Origin: Paragordius varius
Taxonomy: Eukaryota > Animalia > Nematomorpha
Reading direction: 5' to 3'
Length of the DNA: 64,000 nucleotides
Assembly (NCBI GenBank): GCA_964247055.1
Contig: OZ176057.1
Location: 496,001 to 560,000 of the forward strand
The notes under the pieces are model-generated. The model was not told the origin of the DNA. It was given only the letters and a program-made list of their open reading frames with translations, and ran no database searches. The translations under genes and the position numbers were made by a program. This document shows positions 34,352 to 47,884 of the stretch, in pieces; position 1 is the first letter of the stretch; each line of letters opens with the position of its first letter.

Positions 34352-37325
34352 CTTAAAATGGGTAGTATTTTTTTATTTTTTTAAAAAATTCAAACTATTC
34401 AAAAGTAACTACTAATTTTTATAAATCTTTACACTAAAAAAGTCTAAATGGGCAACATATTACTACTAATCTTTAATATAATTAACTCTCAAACTTTTTA
34501 AAAGTTAAAAGACTCTTGATTTCATAATCAATTTTTCATATTAATACTTTTTATAATCTATCTTTCATATATTAGCTTGTTCTTGTTACCATAAGTAATA
34601 TGGCATTTATGATTTCAGAGTTTCTAATATCGTAAATTTCTTGAATGAAAAACTTTATTATTCCAAACCCTGCTAAAACTTATTAAAACTATCAACTTTC
34701 TCAAATTTTCGAAGAACAAACCTTTAGAATATTTCCAAATCAGCCTCTTTATAATCTTTTTCCAAACAACACATTTGCAAACTCATTATCAAAACTGCGA
34801 TATCAATTTATTTAGATCATATTGTAGCAGTCAAAAGCGTAGAATTTTATGAGTTTTTCGAAAAACTCCGTTTTTTAAAAAATTTTACTTTTCAAAACGC
34901 TCGAAATCGTAATTTAAAAGTTTAAAGACCAATATTTCTTCAAGTCTCCCCAAAAATATTTCACACTTGACAATACTTTTTTTATGCAACTACTTTATAA
35001 ATTCGTTTACCAAAACTGCAATATCAGCTCAAGTTACAATGTTGCATCTAAAAGCGTAATTTTTACGGTTTTTCAAAAAACTTTCTAAAAACTTAAAAAT
35101 CCAAAAATCTAATTGAAAATTTGTAAGATAAATACTTCTTCAAATCCCCCCCCCCCCAACCTTTTTAAATTTTTACAATATTTAACAAAAGAATTCAAAA
35201 ATTTCTGATTACCAAAACTGCAATATCAGCTTGAGTTTATAATGTTGCATCTAAAAGCGTAATTTTTATGATGTTTTCGAAAAACTTTCTTATTTAAATA
35301 ACCCCCTACCCACCCCCAACCTTTTTTAAATTTTTACAATATTTAACAAAAGAATTCAAAAATTTTGATTACCAAAACTGCAATATCAGCTTGAGTGGTT
35401 CCTGTAATCATATTGTAGCATCTAAAAGCTCAATTTTTATGATTTTTTCAAAAAACTTTGTTATTTAAAAGAAATTCTAATTTAAAATTTTTATTCTTTT
35501 AACCCCCCCCCCCCCCCCTCCCAACCTTTTTGAAACTTGACAACAAATTTTTTTCAAACAACTACATTATAAAAGCGTTTACCAAAACTGCAATATCAGC
35601 TTGAGTGGTTCCTGTAATCATATTGTAGCATCTAAAAGCGTAATTTTTATGGTGTTCTCGAAAAACTTTCTTATTTTAAAAAAAAACTTAGTAAAAATCC
35701 AAAATTCCAATTTAAAATTTGTAAGACCAATACTTCTTAACCCCCTCCCCCCCTTCCCAACCTTTTAAAATACTTACAATATTAAACAAAAGAATTCAAA
35801 AATTTCTAATTACCAAAACTGCGATATCAGCTTGAGTAGTTCCTGTAATCATATTGGGGACATAACATTTATGTCCAGGGGCATCTAACAGCGTAAATTT
35901 TTTAGTTGGAGTTTCAAAAAAAGCCCGACCAACTTCAACAGTTTTGCCTTTGTCTCTTTCCTCTTGATTCGTGTCAAGGGCCCAGGAAAGGTACCTATAG
36001 TAATCAAATTAAACTAAATAAATTTCAAAAAGACTTTTATATGGATAGAAATTTTTTTAAAAGAATTATTCAAAGATAATTTTTTATAAACGTACCTAAT
36101 TTTAAATTAAAAAAAGAAAAAATGATAAATTTAGATTTTCTAAAGGATAAAAACAATTTACAAAATTTCGGTAAAACACATTATTTAACCATATGGATAG
36201 AAAATTTTTTAAAGGAGTTTTTTACTAAGTAAAATTTTTTTAAAGTACCTAATTTTGAATTAAAAAAAGAAAAATTAATAAATCTTAAGTTTTTGGAGGA
36301 AAAAATCAATTTACAAGTTTTCGGTAACACAAATATTTTATGAAACAATAAGGAGAAAATTTTTTAAAAGGATTTCACAAAAATCTATAAAATAACTACC
36401 TATTTTTAAATTAAAATGGATCACGAGAGATAAAAAAAAGAAATAATTAATAAATTTTGGTAAAGTTTTCTGTATGAAAAAAAAATCAATTTACAAGTTT
36501 CGCTAACACAAATATTTGATGAAACAATAAGGATTCAAAACTAAATAATGATATATTTTTGTCTGTAATTCCGGTTATAAATAAGCATTTTACAACAAAT
36601 AACTATATGGTAAAATGGTTGCATTTCATTTTATATTCTTTAAAAAACTGGGTAAACATATAAAAAGATATAATATTGATAGAAAAATATTTAAAATGGA
36701 TGGTAAAAATTGTCAAATAATATTCAATATCGGACAAAAATTTTATGAAAACCCATTTAGTGTAATAAAATTTTAAATTTTAACTTGTAAATTCTAAAAA
36801 ATTATTTCTACAATTGAATCTTAATAAAAAATTTAATAAAATAATTAATTCAATAAAAACAAAAATTTTTTGTTGTAAAACCAAGAGTCTCGACTCTTTT
36901 CTTTTGCATCTTTTTCATATTTCTCCAGGGTTCGTTTATCAATTGCGCCAGTCAGGTACCTATTTTCGCGTTAAAAAAAATAATTATTTTTATAATTAAA
37001 ATAAGGGAAAACAAAAAAAGAGGTAAAAACTATAATATACCCTTGAAAAATTTAAATTCACCCTTAAACAATTCATATTCACCCTAAAAATAATTTATGT
37101 GTTATAATTCATTATTATAAAATATTTATTATTTTTTCAGTTTTATTAATTAAAATTTCATTTATTAAAAATATAGAAAAATATTGGCAATTATTAATAT
37201 TAAAAAAATAAAATTTATTTGAGGGAGTTTTGAATTATTTAAGGGTTTAAGTGTAAATGGTAAATTCATATAGACTGAAAATTAAATACATTTTTATTTT
37301 AAATGGACATAAATACGGGTTTCTA

Positions 37326-37376
<51 letters not shown>

Positions 37377-39625
37377 GGTTTTTATCCTGAAAATAAAAAA
37401 AATTTCTAATAAGATAAATAGATAAAAAATATGCTTATTTTTTACCATTAAATCGTTCAAGTAATTTATTAAAAAAAGTTTGTTGATTTAGGTACTCATT
37501 ATGTTGTTATAAAAATTATAAAAATAATTTTCATACGGTGGTATTGGTAAGGTATAATTAAAAAATATATAATAATATAATATTTTACATAAGTTGTCCA
37601 CCAATAGTTGATTTTCCAGCATCTGAAATATAAAAAGGTACATATTTAAATTATTTAGAAAAAAGTTAAATAAAAAAGGATAAATATTTTTCCCAATTAT
37701 ACTATTTGCCTTTTTAAACATTTGGGTTAGGATTATAAAGCTATGCTCTTTTTTAAATGAAAGCCTATTTATTTTTATATTTGTCTGTTTCAGATAAAAT
37801 ATGACACCAAAAAATATTCATATGTATTTTTAAAAAGTGGGAAATAGTCATTCTTTGAACAACATATGAAAACTTAAAAACTTTCAATTATGAATCTTTA
37901 AAAATCTAGATGATTGCAAAAGGATATATTAAGTTTGGCAAAAAAGGTATATAATGTATTAAAAAAATAAAAACTTATGATGGAGTACGGTTATTATATA
38001 AATAAGTGTCAATCATTTATTTATGTTTTAACAACAGTCTGCCTTTAAATGCTTTTCTCTTGCCTTTTTTTTAATAATACAGTGAGTATTATTATTAATT
38101 GCCAAATAGTATATGCAGCAAAGAGAATTATTGTTGACTACTAATAGTAAAGAGTAAAAAATATACTATAGGCCAATAATACCGCCCTTTGTTGAATATA
38201 CTATTTGGTAAAAATTAATAACTTTCTAGCAATGTATGCTTAATCATACTGTAATTTCTAGTAAACATAATTTTTACTATTCATATTTTAAATTTCTTGT
38301 AAAACTTTTGGAAAAATCATCTTTAAAAATTATACATTATGAGTAAAAGTAGAGATTAACAATTGTTGTAATTAATTACATTTTTTAACTTAATAAAAAA
38401 CAAAAAAAAAGCTTTTTATCCATGCATGACCATCTTTAAACCAACAATATTGTCTTAAACTGTGATTACTTTTTTGGAAATAAAATTAATATAACTAGCT
38501 AATTTTTACTCATAATACTCCATAAACAATTCTAAAATATAATTATTTTGTTTTTGATTTTTTTATGGTAAAACTTTTGCAAGAAAAAAACAACTGAAAA
38601 AACTTGTTTTCAAACTAAATCATTTCAAAAACATTGCGAAAAACTACCCTTAAAATTTACCATTTTAAGCTTCGAAATTTTTGGTAAAAAAAAAACTCAC
38701 CAACATGTCCAATAAACACTATATTAATATTTTCTTTTTGATTTGGATCATCTTTAAAATCATTTTGATCTGTGGAATCAAAATCATTTTCTAGCAACAT
38801 TGTTTCAGAGGCAACAAAATTATTATCATTTTCAGCATCTAAAGTTTTAGATTTTGTTAAATCTTTGGATTCCACTTTTGTTGAAATATTGACCAAATTT
38901 TTTGCATTTTCATTTTGTGTGACATCGGTACTATTTTGATTATTATTTAATTCATCAGATATATGACCGGAGTCGCCATTTTTATCAATGTCTAAAATAT
39001 ATGCATATAAAAATGAAAATAATTAAAAAATTTATTTTATAGATGTAATAATAATTCAAAATTAAATTGAAAGTATTAAACCCAATTTTTGAAATATTAC
39101 ATTTGATGAAATGATTGGTTTTTTCGAATATATAATTATTATTACGTATTTTTATTTATATAATTAAAATATAAACTGTTATATCTGTGCTAAAAATCTC
39201 AAAAAAATAATTTTTTATTATGAAATTGCTTTTACAAAATTTAAATACTAAATGAAGAATAATTTTAATACTGTAAATCAAATTAGGAAATATAATTTTT
39301 TACCGTTTTTGGAAACAGCTGAGCCTCCAGAACCATAATCGCCCTTTAAAACGTCATCGTCTCGATCATTCATTTCCCAATCTAGAAAAGTAAAATTATA
39401 TTAAATCAAAAGAAATTAAACCATCGGGAGTTTCTTCAATCTTTTTTAGGCTTTCCAATGTGGAAATTGTCGATGTAAGAGTAGGTGAAGCATTTTGCAA
39501 CAAAAAAGCTAAAAATAGATTTGAAAAATTTTACGTGGAATAAATGGTTTAGCATTAACGTTTAATTTTGACATTTTTACAGTCATGTCCGTATCTGAAT
39601 TAATATTCTTGTTGGTTGTTGACAT
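22796..39625 (-). CDS. GSPT1: Eukaryotic peptide chain release factor GTP-binding subunit eRF3 (GSPT1/Sup35, erfa-3), 602 aa, 16 exons
   Basis: Exons (minus): 39625-39535, 39508-39422, 39381-39304, 38991-38701, 37622-37589, 36959-36882, 35994-35814, 31708-31554, 31207-31049, 30579-30486, 29725-29645, 28588-28487, 27463-27392, 26287-26198, 25788-25617, 22839-22796. Total 1809 nt, all GT-AG, in frame. Motifs: PAM2 [86 protein letters not shown]. Confidence 0.96.
23500..25616 (-). repeat. Tandem array (~410-bp units) in eRF3 intron 15 copying the 3' end and donor of exon 15
   Basis: ACCTTCATCTCTAAGCGTGATTCGACCCATACGGGGGAAATCTTT recurs near 25615 (true exon), 25209, 24791, 24556 (partial) and 23811 (diverged). 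Confidence 0.85.
26288..27010 (-). repeat. Tandem array (~160-bp units) in eRF3 intron 13 copying the acceptor and first ~40 nt of exon 14
   Basis: CAGGACTTATAATACTTTTCAATTCAAGTATTATAATCTA variants near 26411, 26552, 26731, 26898 and 26970. Confidence 0.8.
28140..28930 (-). repeat. Tandem copies of both edges of eRF3 exon 12 in introns 11 and 12
   Basis: Donor-side copies AAACC/TTC...CCTCAACACCCTTAAG near 28160 and 28330. Acceptor-side copies GCCCACATTTGTAAAACTTCAACATAATTCTAAA near 28718 and 28876. Confidence 0.8.
31709..33640 (-). repeat. ~120-bp tandem array (about 15 extra units, with a 516-bp higher-order duplication) copying the acceptor and start of eRF3 exon 8
   Basis: TTTACGCGCTGAAATAACCTAG plus GTAAGATTGACCTTAA units from 31697 to 33610. 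Segment ~32250-32770 is repeated almost identically 516 bp later. Confidence 0.9.
34292..34347. repeat. (TA)n microsatellite (longest of many)
   Basis: Pure TA run. Others near 13701, 28961, 37331, 43440, 47852, 58553, 59030 and 59195; a (TG)n run near 21715. Confidence 0.9.
34770..35813 (-). repeat. Tandem array (160-230-bp units) copying the 3' end and donor of eRF3 exon 7
   Basis: TACCAAAACTGCAATATCAGCTTGAG...GCATCTAAAAGCG near 34790, 35009, 35211, 35371 and 35581, against the true junction at 35812. Poly-C tracts at 35146-35157, 35503-35518 and 35741-35758. Confidence 0.85.
36001..36540 (-). repeat. ~150-bp tandem repeat in eRF3 intron 6 including acceptor-like GTACCTA
   Basis: GTACCTAATTTTAAATTAAAAAAAGAAAA near 36092 and 36244, weaker near 36398. 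The true acceptor reads GTACCTATAG at 35991. Confidence 0.6.
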
Positions 39626-39750
39626 TTTAAGGGATTACTTTAAATTTTTAAGTTGTTTTTGAGGTGAACGGATTTTGGAAAAATTAAAGCGAATGTATGA
39701 AACGTCAAATGATTAATAATTATTAATCTAACAAAATTACGCAAGAGCAC
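39626..39750. promoter_or_regulatory. Putative bidirectional promoter/outron region between eRF3 and NDUFAB1
   Basis: The divergent start codons at 39625 (-) and 39751 (+) are only 125 bp apart. No specific motif identified. Confidence 0.55.
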
Positions 39751-40446
<696 letters not shown>

Positions 40447-40753
40447 AATTTGATATTTTGCATTGCCTTTTTTACATTTCAAATGTTTAAAATAGGAAAT
40501 AAATGTTGTTTTTGTATACTTTTTAGATCAGGAGTGGCCAACACGTGGATTGCGAATATTTGGGAAATTATAATTTACAAAAATCTGCTTATAAAATCTA
40601 AGTAAAGAATAATTTTTTATATTTTTTAAATAAGTCTATCCGATTGGCAACGACCGCTAGAAAGATCGTTATTTGTTTTTGATTTTTCAGTCATTTGTTT
40701 AAAATCTAATAAAATATTTACAAAAGGCCCATACATATTTTTTATGGGATCCA

Positions 40754-40793
40754 CTAGTTTTTTAAGTCACAAATGCTCGCAAAGCGATTTGTG
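40754..40793 (-). mobile_element. Helitron-like 3' terminus
   Basis: Minus strand reads CACAAATCGCTTTGCGAGCATTTGTG (hairpin), then ~10 nt, then CTAG|T. The 5' end was not identified. Confidence 0.45.
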
Positions 40794-43700
40794 TTCCTTG
40801 CTAAATTTCTTACTAAATATATGTTTTTTACCAATATCTTCTTGTTATTATGTAATATATATCGCAAAATATCTATGATACTTTTATTTTTATGAAATTT
40901 TAAAGTATAGAAACTCTTGATATCGTATCTTAAAAAATTATAGTTTCCATTACCTAAACCTTATCTTATGACAATGAAATATATTTATCAGAAAATGTAG
41001 ATAATTGAATTTAAGCTTTGGGCTACATTTTACCAGCTAAAACTTGATAGGTTTTTACATCAGCTGTGCTTTTCAATCGTGTTTCCAGATCTCATAAAAA
41101 CTGTATCTCTATTATTTAATACATGAGAACAATGTTTTCAAATTATATTTTAATCAAGGTTAGTATCAAAACAGTAGCTTATTTACAAAATTGAGAACTA
41201 TAAAGCTACCCCAATATGTAAATAAGACAAAATAGTTAAAAGTCATATATTAACTAACAACTCATTTCAAAATTTTATATGGGATTACAGTAGGTTTTTT
41301 TGACATAAAAATATCTGTCTTTTGATTTTTGCATTTTCAATTTTAGTGTACATTTTAGTTCTTGGAACTGACGTTTTATTAATGAATACAACTCAAATCT
41401 TTTTATGTTATATCGGTTAAACTTAAGGAGTTTGTCAAAAATAATCGATGAAAATAAAATCTGAGTTTTTTAGATTACATAAATTGTGGAAAATTTGCCA
41501 ATTTTGATTATATTTAGTAATTTTCCGGTTGTGAGCGCCTGTTAATAAAATACTTTCTATTCAATTACAATATGCTATATAGGTTTTAGCAAGGTTAAAT
41601 TTATTTACAAATTATTTAATATTGTGATTTTAAATTAAAGTAAAATTAGGAGAAGTATTAAAAACAAAACTGAAAAACCTTAATCATTTATTAAATTAAA
41701 TATTTTTTATATCCATTTTTACATATATAACCTAAAATGAATTTAATTGTGTAATGTTTAATAGAGTTTTCGAAACCAATTTATTATTCAAAAAAATATT
41801 TTTTATAATAATATATTTGATTGTCTAGATAAAAAATTTTAGTGTTTCGATTTTTACGTTTTGTCCTTAATTTTAGTTTTACTGTAAAATTAACCGATGA
41901 ATTTTTAGACCCACATGTCTATAAGCTAATATTTTTTAAATGGCGTTAATTCATTTATTTATCGTTCGTTAAAATGTGTTATTTTTAACATTTTAAGGAA
42001 ATTTTATTGTAAATTACTATTCAACAACGCTTTAATAAATTTTCTAATCAATATTTATTTAAACACCTATATAGTTATAAAACTACCAATCATTAAATCG
42101 GTCGTCAGACCGTTTTTTTAGGGTTAGAAATTAAAATCAAACATGTTTACATTTCGAATTTTTATATACGCATATTTACTTTGGCATTTGGTATAAATGC
42201 AGTTTCTTTCAAAAAACTAATTAAATATGATTAAATTAAAATGGATATTATAGTAAAAATTAAATTATATAATGTTAAAATATAATGATAATATTTTTTA
42301 AAGAAAAGACGACCATACTTTTTAAATTTTTGTTATTTAAATTTTAACTCATTGTTTTGGGATGCTAAATAGAAAATAGAGATTTACATTGTTTGGGCAC
42401 CATACTTTACTTATAGTTTTCAATTGTAATTAAATAGTTTAATTGGGAAAAAAATTTAAAGCTTAACTAAAGTATGGTTAAAAAATATTTGTCTTTTAGC
42501 TTTTACGTTTTGTCATTTGTAAAATTTCAATGTTTACTCTAATTAAACATAAATTTTGATTTTAAGTTTATTTAACCAGTTAGAACCCAATTATAAATAA
42601 CCATAAAAGATTACATGGGCCGAAAAACCTATATATTATTAATTTTTTTGGAACCATGTTGTTTCGTTTTTTTCGATAATAATCAATCAATAACTAATAA
42701 ATTTTTAAAATAAGAATTTACGCTTCGTTTAAAAAAAGGAGTGAAATAGAGAGGCGCGAAACATTTGAACAAATATTTGCAATCACTGACTATTTCATAA
42801 CATAAAAACATTAACAACATACTAAAATAAATTTAACCTTATATCGATATAAAAATGTTTACCATACTACTCCAAAATTTTTATTATATAGGTATTTATC
42901 AATTTTTTATTTATTTCAGACATATTTTTGGGAGATATTTACATTTTATTTTTGGTTTTATCGATAATTGAGTATTAAATTAACTCATCAATACCAATTT
43001 TAGCCAAATAAATCCTTTTCTTTTTTTGATTTCATAAGTTGACCTGTAATGAATCAAATATTGGAGATCTTTTTGTCGAAATCTCTTCAGAATTAATAAA
43101 TTTAAGTAATCGGGAGATTCCATTCTAATAAATAAAATTCATCATCGGAAAACCTTAAATGGATTTAAAGGTAAAATATTCGTATAGTTAAAAACAACAA
43201 GGTAGAGTAATTAAACGCATTTTTTCACTGATCTTAACACTAATTTTGCGTATTTAATTATAAACAAATTGTATTTTATACCATACACTCGTGTATAGTA
43301 TGCGACACAGATTTACAAGAAATTGGAAATATGACTTTATTTATTTATTTATACAAGAGGGAATATATATTTTTAAATCTATAAATAAAATTATTACATA
43401 TAATATATAATCAAGTAATCAAAATCAGAATTTCGGGTCATATATATATATATATATATATATATATTTCTCATACTTTTGTCTTTGGAAAGCATGTAAA
43501 AACTAGTTTTTTAACAAATCGCATTTCTACTTTAAACGCCTGTTAAAAATTTTATGTTATAAAAAGAATTGTGATTAAATATTCGGTATAGAATAAAATA
43601 TAAAGAGCTATTTGACTCACTCATCTATTTGAACTTTACATGAACACATTTTTTTAACTAATACAAATTTTATCGCCTTTTTTATCCTCTATTTTAGTTA

Positions 43701-44121
43701 ATTTGTTTAATTTTTTTATAATTGAGATAAAATAGTAATTTTCCGTTTGCCGTCTCTAAAAATAAAATTAACATCTCCATTCATTAAGGACAACTTTACA
43801 ATTAAATTTTAATTTTTAAATCAATTTTTTCGGATATATTCCACTGAGGCTGCAAAAATGCTTTAAGGATTTTATTTTCGTTTTTTTCGCAAAGGATTAT
43901 ATATAATAACTAACTTTTTAGGTATAATTAGTCATGATTTTCAGCGGAATTTACAAAGCCATATTTTGCTATATCCCAGTTTCTCAAAATGAAATTTTTT
44001 AACCAACATAAAATTATATAACTGATAATTATATCAATTACTTTTTTTTCATCCTTAAAACTTTTGCATTTTTGCTAAAACACTTTTATCAAAGGAAACG
44101 AATCCAACCAATTATAATAGT

Positions 44122-47100
44122 ATGGGGATGTATGATGGAGATACCATAATAAATACTCATGCAAACTCCCCTGACCGTTATGCCCTGTATAAAGGAAATC
44201 CGGCCTCTAGAGCTCCGATCAGGCCCCCAGCCTCTGCTCAATACGATGTGGAACAAAATAATGAGATTGGTTCTATGTCTCGTTCCTCAGAATCAATGAA
44301 TGATCCTACATCTGCACCAAGAAGAAACTATTATAGCGATAATGTCGATCCAAATAGAGGAGTTTCAAACCCTAGAACCAGTTCTGCTGCTAAATTCTCT
44401 GCAGAACAAAACTCTGAAGAAGGCGGCTGTATTCCACGTCTAAGTCAGTTCTGTTCATCTATCCGTATGCTCCGGTTACCAATGTGGGCTATCATTTTAT
44501 CGCTCCTTTTACTACTGGCATTGCTTACGTTTGCCACTGTCCTTTTCTGTAAGTACATTGTAAGTCAGTCTTATCCATTAATTTTTAGCATACACGCATT
44601 ATAAAAATTGATATTATACGGACAAAACGTTAAAACGTAAAGACAAATGTTTTTTAAAAGGAACCTTTGCCCATATAAATAATATAATTGCAATCGTAAA
44701 ATATATCATTGATTGTGTGACCGAACATCTCTATTTCAAATTTTGCAAATTAAAACAATGAGTTATATTTATAAAAAAGTAAAAGTAAAGCGGTCATTTG
44801 GGATGACATTAAGTTTTTACAATTTGTCCGTATAATTTCAATTTTTACTGTAATATAATCTTTTTTTGCCCTAAATAATTTTTAATTATGCTTTATTTAT
44901 GAAAAAGATGCATGGTTTATAGGGTAAAAAAATATTAACACTGACCTTTTGGTGTTGTTTTATATCCCAGACCGATTTAAAATTTGAATATCTTAAAAAG
45001 TATTTAAGGTATTGAGCCGAATTTTAAAATATGCTTTTTTAGCCTTTTAGGCGCATAAGACAAAGAAAATTATTAAATTGTAAAAAAATCCATTTCAAAC
45101 TTTTTGCCGCCATTTTTTTACTTTTTTGAAAATGCAACATGCAAATAAAAGTATTTTATAGTTTAAAAATGTTAAAAATTAACTTTAAAAAGTTTTCAGG
45201 CTACAAAAAACTTGATATATACTTTAATATCCGCTGCTCTTTTCGATTGTGATTTGAAGATGTCCCAATTTCAAACGCTGGAACCCACAAAAATGTAAAA
45301 AATAGAGGTTTATCTAATACATAAAAAATATGCTTGATAATTAAATTTTTATTAAATTTTCAAAACTGTAGTTATTTAAAATACTACTGGAATAAACTAC
45401 CCCAATAATTACCTTTTCACTTTTTGTCGTAGTTATTGGGGTAGTTTTATATACAACTGCTCAATTTTGTAAATGGACTACAGTTTTGAAAGTTAGTTAA
45501 AATTTAATTATAAACATTTTTTTGATGTATTAGATGAAAAAAATTCTGTTTTTTACAGTTTTATGAGTTCTAGCATCTCAAATCGGGACATCTCCGAATC
45601 ATTCAAAAGAGCAGATAAAGTGTAGCCTGAAAGCTTTTAAAAGTTAATTATTTACATTTAAACTATAAAATACATTTTTTGCTTGTTGCCTTGGCGATTT
45701 AAAAAAATTTATGGAAAAAATGGTGACAAAAATGTTTGAGATGATTTTTTTTATAAAGACTTATATAAATTTTGATATATAAAATTTATCCTTAGTAGCA
45801 AAATTTAAAATTAATTTTGTAACACACATTATATCATTGAAAATTGTAGTATTTAGAAAACAAGGATAAACTAATATTGTTTTCTTTATATATTCCCTTT
45901 ACATTTGATCTTTAAAAATTTAATTTTTACTCTTTCCTTTCAAAAATCACAAATCTATATTGATGCCAAGGACGCTAATTCTTTAGTTTAATTTATGTGT
46001 GTATGCATGTGTTACAGACAAATATCTGGCGCTGTTAATGGCTCTTAAACGGCATGCAGAGGTTGGTGGAGGGACATTATCGACCCCGGCGATTTCTAGT
46101 ACCCATTATCCTCCTATAATAACCCTGACAACTTCGGGAAAGCCAAATCCTTCCCGTTTTCCAATCTTTTGGCAAACTTCTGATTTCCCCTTGGGAAATA
46201 TTACGATACAAAGTAGCACATTAAGTTCTACAGAGACTACAGAAGCTACTTCACAAAGCCCAGAAACAAGCACTGAACAAACCACTATTACCACAGAAAT
46301 GGAGACAGGCGAAACGGACGAAACTGACTATCCACCAACATTCTTACCTCCTCCTTCGTCGTTTCCGACCGAAGTATCAACCATATCAACAACAACGGAA
46401 ACAGAATATACCACTGAGGAACCGAGTGAAGAGCCAACTGATTTTTATCCAGAAACAACTTTTAATCCTACGGAACCTTCGGTTTTCCCAGAGGAAACAA
46501 GCTCGAGTATTAGTACAGAGGCACCCGTTTACCCAGATACAACGGAAAGTCAGGAGACGCCACCTTTCTATCCTGAGCCAACAGTAGAGGAAAATACGAG
46601 TACATTAAGCCCTTTAACAACAACGGAAACAACTACGGAAATTTCTGTTTCATCAGAGGAGCCTCTAAATGAAAGTACACTTGAGACAGAAGAAGGTGAA
46701 ACTATGACGACATCTAATGTTCCACCAAGCTTTGAACCTGAAACAACCGAAGATAATTTCCCATTTTTCCCACCGGAAGAAGGTGAGACTTCGATAGAAC
46801 CGACAGGAATCACTACAGAAGCCGTACCCGACTTTAGTCCTTCCGAAACGCCAGAAACCGAATTAACAAGCTCTACAGACTTTGAAATATCTACAAAGCC
46901 AATAACTGATATTCCTGACACCGACAGGAGTACAATAACTGAAAATCCAGAGGATTTTCACACCTCAGAGTTTCCGCTACCAGAAGGCGAGACTGTTCCA
47001 ACTTTTATGCCAGAAACTACTGAATATCCTGTAGAAGTTTTGGATGGAGACGAAACATCTGAAACGGAATTTCCTTTTACTGCTCCACCAACCTTTGAGC

Positions 47101-47844
47101 CAGCAGAGCCCTCCGTCTCACAGGTATTTGTTTGTCTATAACACATTTAAAAATATTATAAAATATCTTGTACAGAAATATATTAGGTTTTTGATTAAGA
47201 GTTGGTTTTGAATTGATTAAGATATTCAGTGAATATCAAAATTAGACATATAAAACATTAAAATTACAGTAAAAATTAAAATTATACGGACAAAACGTAA
47301 AATATAAAACAATTTTTTTAAAGACGTCCAACTTTTTAAAACCTTAATGTTTCCCATATAAGCTACTTAATTACTATTGTAAAATATGGAATTGATTGTG
47401 TTAGTATAATATATCTCACATTTTGCCATTTATAAAACAATGAGTCGTATTGATAAAAATCAAGATTTAAAAAGTAAGTTGTCTTTTAGAAATGAATATT
47501 TGTCTTTATTTTACGTTTTGTCCGTATAATTTCAGTTTTTACTGTAAAACTTGATTTGAAAATATTCATCATTTTGTGTTGCGCGGATATTAGTATAAAT
47601 ACCAAATTATGTATTTTATAGTTGAAATTAAATAGATTGTGCAGTAAAAATCAAGGTTTAAGGTAGTGAGGGTGTTTTTTAAAAAGATATTTCTATTTAT
47701 ATTTTTATGTTTTGTCCGTAAATTTTAATTTTTACTGTACTTATATAAATTTTACAGAATATTCAGTAACATAAATTTAAAAAAACTAATAATATTTTTA
47801 CATAAAAAGATGGTATTAACATAATTTATATTATATTTAAAAAT

Positions 47845-47884
<40 letters not shown>

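Noticed and set aside
46106-47146. Minus-strand ORFs rich in V/S/G
   Set aside because: Antisense shadows of the mucin-like exon.
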